A stretch of 64,000 nucleotides of DNA from Candidatus Poribacteria bacterium. Its GTDB lineage: Bacteria; Poribacteria; WGA-4E; PCPOR2b. The notes beneath the pieces are model-generated. The model saw only the letters and a list, made by a program, of their open reading frames with translations. It searched no databases and had not been told where the DNA came from. Below, piece by piece: positions 60,357 to 64,000 of this stretch. Both the position numbers and the translations under genes were made by a program. Location: assembly GCA_965208325.1 (NCBI GenBank), contig OZ242326.1, forward strand, positions 2,496,001 through 2,560,000, read 5' to 3'. Within the stretch, counting starts at the first letter, position 1; the number at the start of each line of letters is the position of its first letter.

Positions 60357-61388
60357 ATGAATAAAAATGATGTACGGCTTTTCGGATTTGTTTTGTTGTT
60401 AGGTTGGTTTTCTCCGATTAGCCTTGCAGAAGAATGGTCCAAGAAAACAGGTATGCCGACCCCAAGACTGTGGTGTGCCGCATGTACATTGAACGGCAAG
60501 ATTTACGCCATTGGCGGCTCAGCGGAAGGGCCTCCGCTTTCGACGATTGAAGAATTCGATCCGGTATCAAACGAATGGACGCAGAAACCGAATATGCCGG
60601 TGGCAAAAGCAAGCATGTCTGCCTGCGTCGTGGATGATGAAATTTACGTCATTGGGGGATGGGCAGCGCTGCCTAATGTTACTTTTCTTGCCACAACAGA
60701 AACTTACAATCCTGTCTTGGAACAGTGGGAAAATAAACGCAATATGCCAACTGCAAGAGCGTTTTTTTCCACGGGGGTAGTGAATGGGAAGATTTATGCG
60801 ATTGGGGGCGTTCCCGACCAACTTGGACCGGTACTCCCCATTGTAGAGGAATATGATCCAATGCTCAACATATGGAGGCGGAAAGCGGATATGTTGACCG
60901 CGAGAGCGGGTGCGTCTGCAAGTGTTGTTGACGGTAAAATTTATGTGATTGGAGGGGTTACTCAGGTGCAGGGGCCTGTGCTTGACACCGTAGAAGCGTA
61001 TGACCCAGTCCTCGACAAATGGACAATAGCGGCTGACATGCCGACCGCAAGGACCGCATTATCCACCAGCGTGGCAAATGGGAAGATTTATGCTATCGGG
61101 GGTACAGCCGAAGTGACAGGGCCGGGGCTTGCAACTGTAGAAGAATATGATCCAGCAAAAGATACTTGGACGAGTCATCCCGACATGCCTACTCCGAGAG
61201 TATTTTTGTCTACTAGCGCCGTAGATGGGATTATTTATGCTATCGGAGGTACTGCAGCAGGAGTCGGCCCGGGGCTTCCAACTGTAGAAAGCTATGGGAT
61301 TGGTTTAGGAGTTGAAGCTAAAGGCTATTTTGTGACATTCCTTGGAACGCTTAAGATGAGTGGAAAGACAGTGACTAGTGGAAAGTGA
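60357..61388 (+). CDS. Secreted Kelch-repeat protein
   Basis: Signal peptide; six repeats MPT.R...GKIYAIGG...VEEYDP...W. Confidence 0.93.
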   Translation: MNKNDVRLFGFVLLLGWFSPISLAEEWSKKTGMPTPRLWCAACTLNGKIYAIGGSAEGPPLSTIEEFDPVSNEWTQKPNMPVAKASMSACVVDDEIYVIGGWAALPNVTFLATTETYNPVLEQWENKRNMPTARAFFSTGVVNGKIYAIGGVPDQLGPVLPIVEEYDPMLNIWRRKADMLTARAGASASVVDGKIYVIGGVTQVQGPVLDTVEAYDPVLDKWTIAADMPTARTALSTSVANGKIYAIGGTAEVTGPGLATVEEYDPAKDTWTSHPDMPTPRVFLSTSAVDGIIYAIGGTAAGVGPGLPTVESYGIGLGVEAKGYFVTFLGTLKMSGKTVTSGK

Positions 61389-61446
61389 TTAGTGGAGAGC
61401 AAGAAGTTTTCAACTCGTCACTCTTCATTAATCACTGCATTTCGAT

Positions 61447-62802
61447 ATGAAAACCAGTTATCTAGATCCTTATGTCGAGACGCTCAACCGGGAAGCGTTA
61501 GAACAAATCCAATTAGAAAAACTGAAATTGTTGCTTGCGCAGGTGTTGAAATCCAATACTTTCTACCAGCGAAAGTTAAAAGACGCCGGCGTAGAAGAGC
61601 CAGAGGACTTACGAACGCTAAAAGATTATCGACAATTACCATTTACCACCAAGGCGGAACTTTCCGCAGATCAGGAGGCGCATCCTCCATACGGAACAAA
61701 CATCACCTTTCCACGAAGCCAGTATATCCGAATCCATCAAACATCGGGCACAACCGGCGAACCTCTGCGTTGGCTGGATACCGAGGAGAGTTGGCGTTGG
61801 TGGGCTCGCTGTTGGGGCGCAGTGTATAACGCAGCCGGCGTGAAATCGGGAGATTCCATCTTTTTCGCTTTTTCATTTGGCCCCTTTATTGGCTTTTGGA
61901 GCGCCCATGAAGGTGCACGGTTAATGGGCGCGTTATCGATTCCCGGTGGAGGAATGACCTCTCTTCAAAGGGTGCGGGCAATTCGCTATAATGACATATC
62001 AGTGTTGATTTGTACGCCTACTTATGCGCTGCACCTCGCCGAAATCGCCGAAGCCGAAGGAGTTGATATCGCTAATTCCAGTGTCCGTATCACGATTCAT
62101 GCTGGGGAACCGGGTGCGAGTCTTCCAGCGACTAAGGCTCGGATCGAAAGCGCATGGGGTAGCCGGTGTTACGACCATACAGGCGCCACCGAGGTCGGTG
62201 CATGGGGATTTGAGTGCCAAGCCCAATCTGGGGTTCATCTGAACGAAGGTGAATTCATCTTCGACGTAATCAATCCTGACACGGAAGAATCTGCGGACGA
62301 AGGCGAATTGGTCGTTACCAATTTAGGCCGTGTTGGTACGCCGGTTATCCGCTATCGGACCGGCGATTGGGTGAAGCTGCAAACAGAGCCTTGCGAATGC
62401 GGACGCAGCTTTAGGCAATTGAAGGCGGGAATCATCGGACGCATAGACGATGTACTTATTGTACGCGGCGTGAATGTCTATCCCAGCGCAATTGAGAACA
62501 TCGTCCGCGGCTTTCCCGAAGTGGGCGAGTATGTTGTGGACGTTTTCCGCAGCGGAGAACTGGACGAAATGGAGATTCGGTTGGAAATCCGGGCAACCGA
62601 TACCGAAGAAATTTTAATCGCTGTCGTCCAAAGAATTCGCAACGCCCTCGGGTTGCGTGTTAAAGCTAAAACCGTACCTCACGGAACGTTACCCCGCTTT
62701 GAACTAAAAGCGAAGCGATTCACTGATCATCGCCGCCTCCATGACAATCACAGCCAGCGACCAGTCGCCAGTGGGTTGGTGACTAGAAAAACTAAACACT
62801 GA
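61447..62802 (+). CDS. Phenylacetate-CoA ligase (PaaK) family adenylate-forming enzyme
   Basis: LPFTTK, TSGTTGEP, AGEPG, GATEVG, IRYRTGD, GRIDD.LIVRGVNVYP. Confidence 0.9.
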   Translation: MKTSYLDPYVETLNREALEQIQLEKLKLLLAQVLKSNTFYQRKLKDAGVEEPEDLRTLKDYRQLPFTTKAELSADQEAHPPYGTNITFPRSQYIRIHQTSGTTGEPLRWLDTEESWRWWARCWGAVYNAAGVKSGDSIFFAFSFGPFIGFWSAHEGARLMGALSIPGGGMTSLQRVRAIRYNDISVLICTPTYALHLAEIAEAEGVDIANSSVRITIHAGEPGASLPATKARIESAWGSRCYDHTGATEVGAWGFECQAQSGVHLNEGEFIFDVINPDTEESADEGELVVTNLGRVGTPVIRYRTGDWVKLQTEPCECGRSFRQLKAGIIGRIDDVLIVRGVNVYPSAIENIVRGFPEVGEYVVDVFRSGELDEMEIRLEIRATDTEEILIAVVQRIRNALGLRVKAKTVPHGTLPRFELKAKRFTDHRRLHDNHSQRPVASGLVTRKTKH

Positions 62803-62825
62803 CCACTGGTACTGCGTCTAGTTTT

Positions 62826-62992
62826 TGTAGGTTGGGTTGAGCGGACAATTCCAATATCGTTCCTACGGCAGTATCCGTTACGGACACCAAACATCGAACG
62901 TGGCAAAATACACGCAGCGTAACCCAACGCTGCTCTGTCGTCTAGAGATTTCAAAAACTTTGGGTTTCGCCGTCGGCTCAAACCAACCAACA
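62826..62992. repeat. REPIN/MITE-like element (GTAGGTTGGGTTGAGCG...GCGTAACCCAACGC...GCTCAAACCAACCAACA)
   Basis: Same arms as 23469 and 49086, different interior. Confidence 0.75.
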
Positions 62993-63022
62993 AGAGTTCC
63001 CCGCTAATCACCGCTTCTAAAC

Positions 63023-64000
63023 ATGAAAACGTCAAACACGTCCAAGAATAATATGTACGACGTAATCGTTATCGGCGGCGGACCTGCGGGAAGCACGGTT
63101 GCAGCATTAGTCGCAGACAAGGGGCACCGCGTATTGCTTTTGGAACGCGAAGAATCCCCGAATTTTAAGATTGGCGAGTCGTTGATGCCCGCGACCTATT
63201 GGATATTTAAGCGGCTGGGACTACTTGAAAAACTGAAAGCGAGCCATTTTCCGAAAAAGTACAGTGTGCAGTTTTATTCAAAATCAGGAAAAGCCTCCGC
63301 CCCGTTTTATTTCTTTGAAAACGATCCACACGAGGCTTCCGTTACATGGCAGGTGTTGCGCAGTGAGTTCGACGAGATGTTGCTCGACCACGCTCAGGAA
63401 AAAGGGGTTGAAGTTCGGCGCGGCACTCGTGTCAACGAGGTATCATTTGACGAAGACCGAGCAGTCGGTGTCCAAGCGAGAGATGCGGACGGTAGTATCA
63501 CCGACCTTGCAGCAAAGGTCATCGTAGACTCGACTGGCCAGAGCGCTATTGTCTCTCGAAAGTTGAAAATCAATATCCCCGAACCCGCACTGAAGAAAGC
63601 TTCGCTGTTTACTCACTTTGAAGATGGGGTTCGTGACACGGGGATAGATGAAGGCGCGACGTTAATCCTGCACACCGAAAATAAGGATTCATGGTTCTGG
63701 TACATTCCATTACCTTATAATCGTGTGAGTGTCGGTGTGGTGGGCGGACTCGACTATCTCATCCAGAATCGGCGGTTACACGGCGACGGGCTTGACCCGC
63801 AAAAGATTTTTGAAGAAGAACTTGACAAATGTGCACCATTGAAACCGCGTATCGAAAACGCAAAGCAGCTGTTTCCCGTCCAAGTGACCAAAGACTTCTC
63901 CTATCGCGCCCGCAAAATCGCCGGCAATGGTTGGGTGCTTGTGGGAGATGCATTCGGGTTCATAGATCCTGTTTATTCCACGGGTCTGTTCTTGGCATTG
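63023..64000 (+). CDS. Flavin-dependent halogenase-like FAD oxidoreductase (3' end beyond window)
   Basis: Not in ORF track (runs off edge). Manual translation: YDVIVIGGGPAGS, IGESL, FPKKY, RSEFD, WFWYIP (63692-63709), GDAFGFIDPVYSTG. Alternative start ATG 63053. Confidence 0.85.
   Translation, partial: MKTSNTSKNNMYDVIVIGGGPAGSTVAALVADKGHRVLLLEREESPNFKIGESLMPATYWIFKRLGLLEKLKASHFPKKYSVQFYSKSGKASAPFYFFENDPHEASVTWQVLRSEFDEMLLDHAQEKGVEVRRGTRVNEVSFDEDRAVGVQARDADGSITDLAAKVIVDSTGQSAIVSRKLKINIPEPALKKASLFTHFEDGVRDTGIDEGATLILHTENKDSWFWYIPLPYNRVSVGVVGGLDYLIQNRRLHGDGLDPQKIFEEELDKCAPLKPRIENAKQLFPVQVTKDFSYRARKIAGNGWVLVGDAFGFIDPVYSTGLFLAL

Noticed and set aside
1..64000. tRNA or rRNA genes
   Set aside because: No cloverleaf with T-loop/D-loop consensus or rRNA-like segment recognised by eye; a tRNAscan/Infernal run would be needed to exclude them fully.

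Overview
Bacterial chromosomal window, most consistent with Candidatus Poribacteria. This is an inference from lineage-typical proteins: a PhyH dioxygenase, an ECF sigma factor fused to a TM helix and WD40 propeller, a C-terminal 'QNYPNPFNPETWIPY' FlgD-Ig domain, and abundant GTAG-type REP-like repeats. Left to right: minD (partial), minC, larA; a catabolic cluster (D-cysteine desulfhydrase-like, GNAT, two tandem Ldh_2 dehydrogenases, amidohydrolase, mobA, sugar isomerase); a hybrid hisI-trpE-trpG operon; a DUF2851 gene; and a ~10 kb accessory island (15.8-25.5 kb). The hisI-trpE-trpG operon is preceded by an unannotated 33-codon leader peptide with interleaved His and Trp codons and a complete terminator/antiterminator set, i.e. 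a candidate dual His+Trp attenuator. The island holds a putative type II R-M pair, IS3, an IS4/IS50-like element with 9-bp target duplication, a double-Nmad protein, several pseudogenes (DUF6804, moaE, DUF5655-like) and a dispersed GTAG-initiated 23-mer repeat family. Next come phyH-cydAB bracketed by a duplicated WD40 gene tail; a Zur-box-controlled zinc-starvation operon (TroA-like SBP, two COG0523 GTPases, His-rich secreted protein, Cys-rich small proteins, WD40) divergent from zur; and a tandem array of eight LivJ-like lipoprotein solute-binding proteins plus one relic, with no permease or ATPase in the window. The right end has a decapitated and an intact membrane-anchored ECF sigma/beta-propeller fusion, assorted oxidoreductases and propeller proteins, a PaaK-like CoA ligase and a flavin-dependent halogenase-like gene running off the edge. 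All calls were made by eye; no database searches were run.
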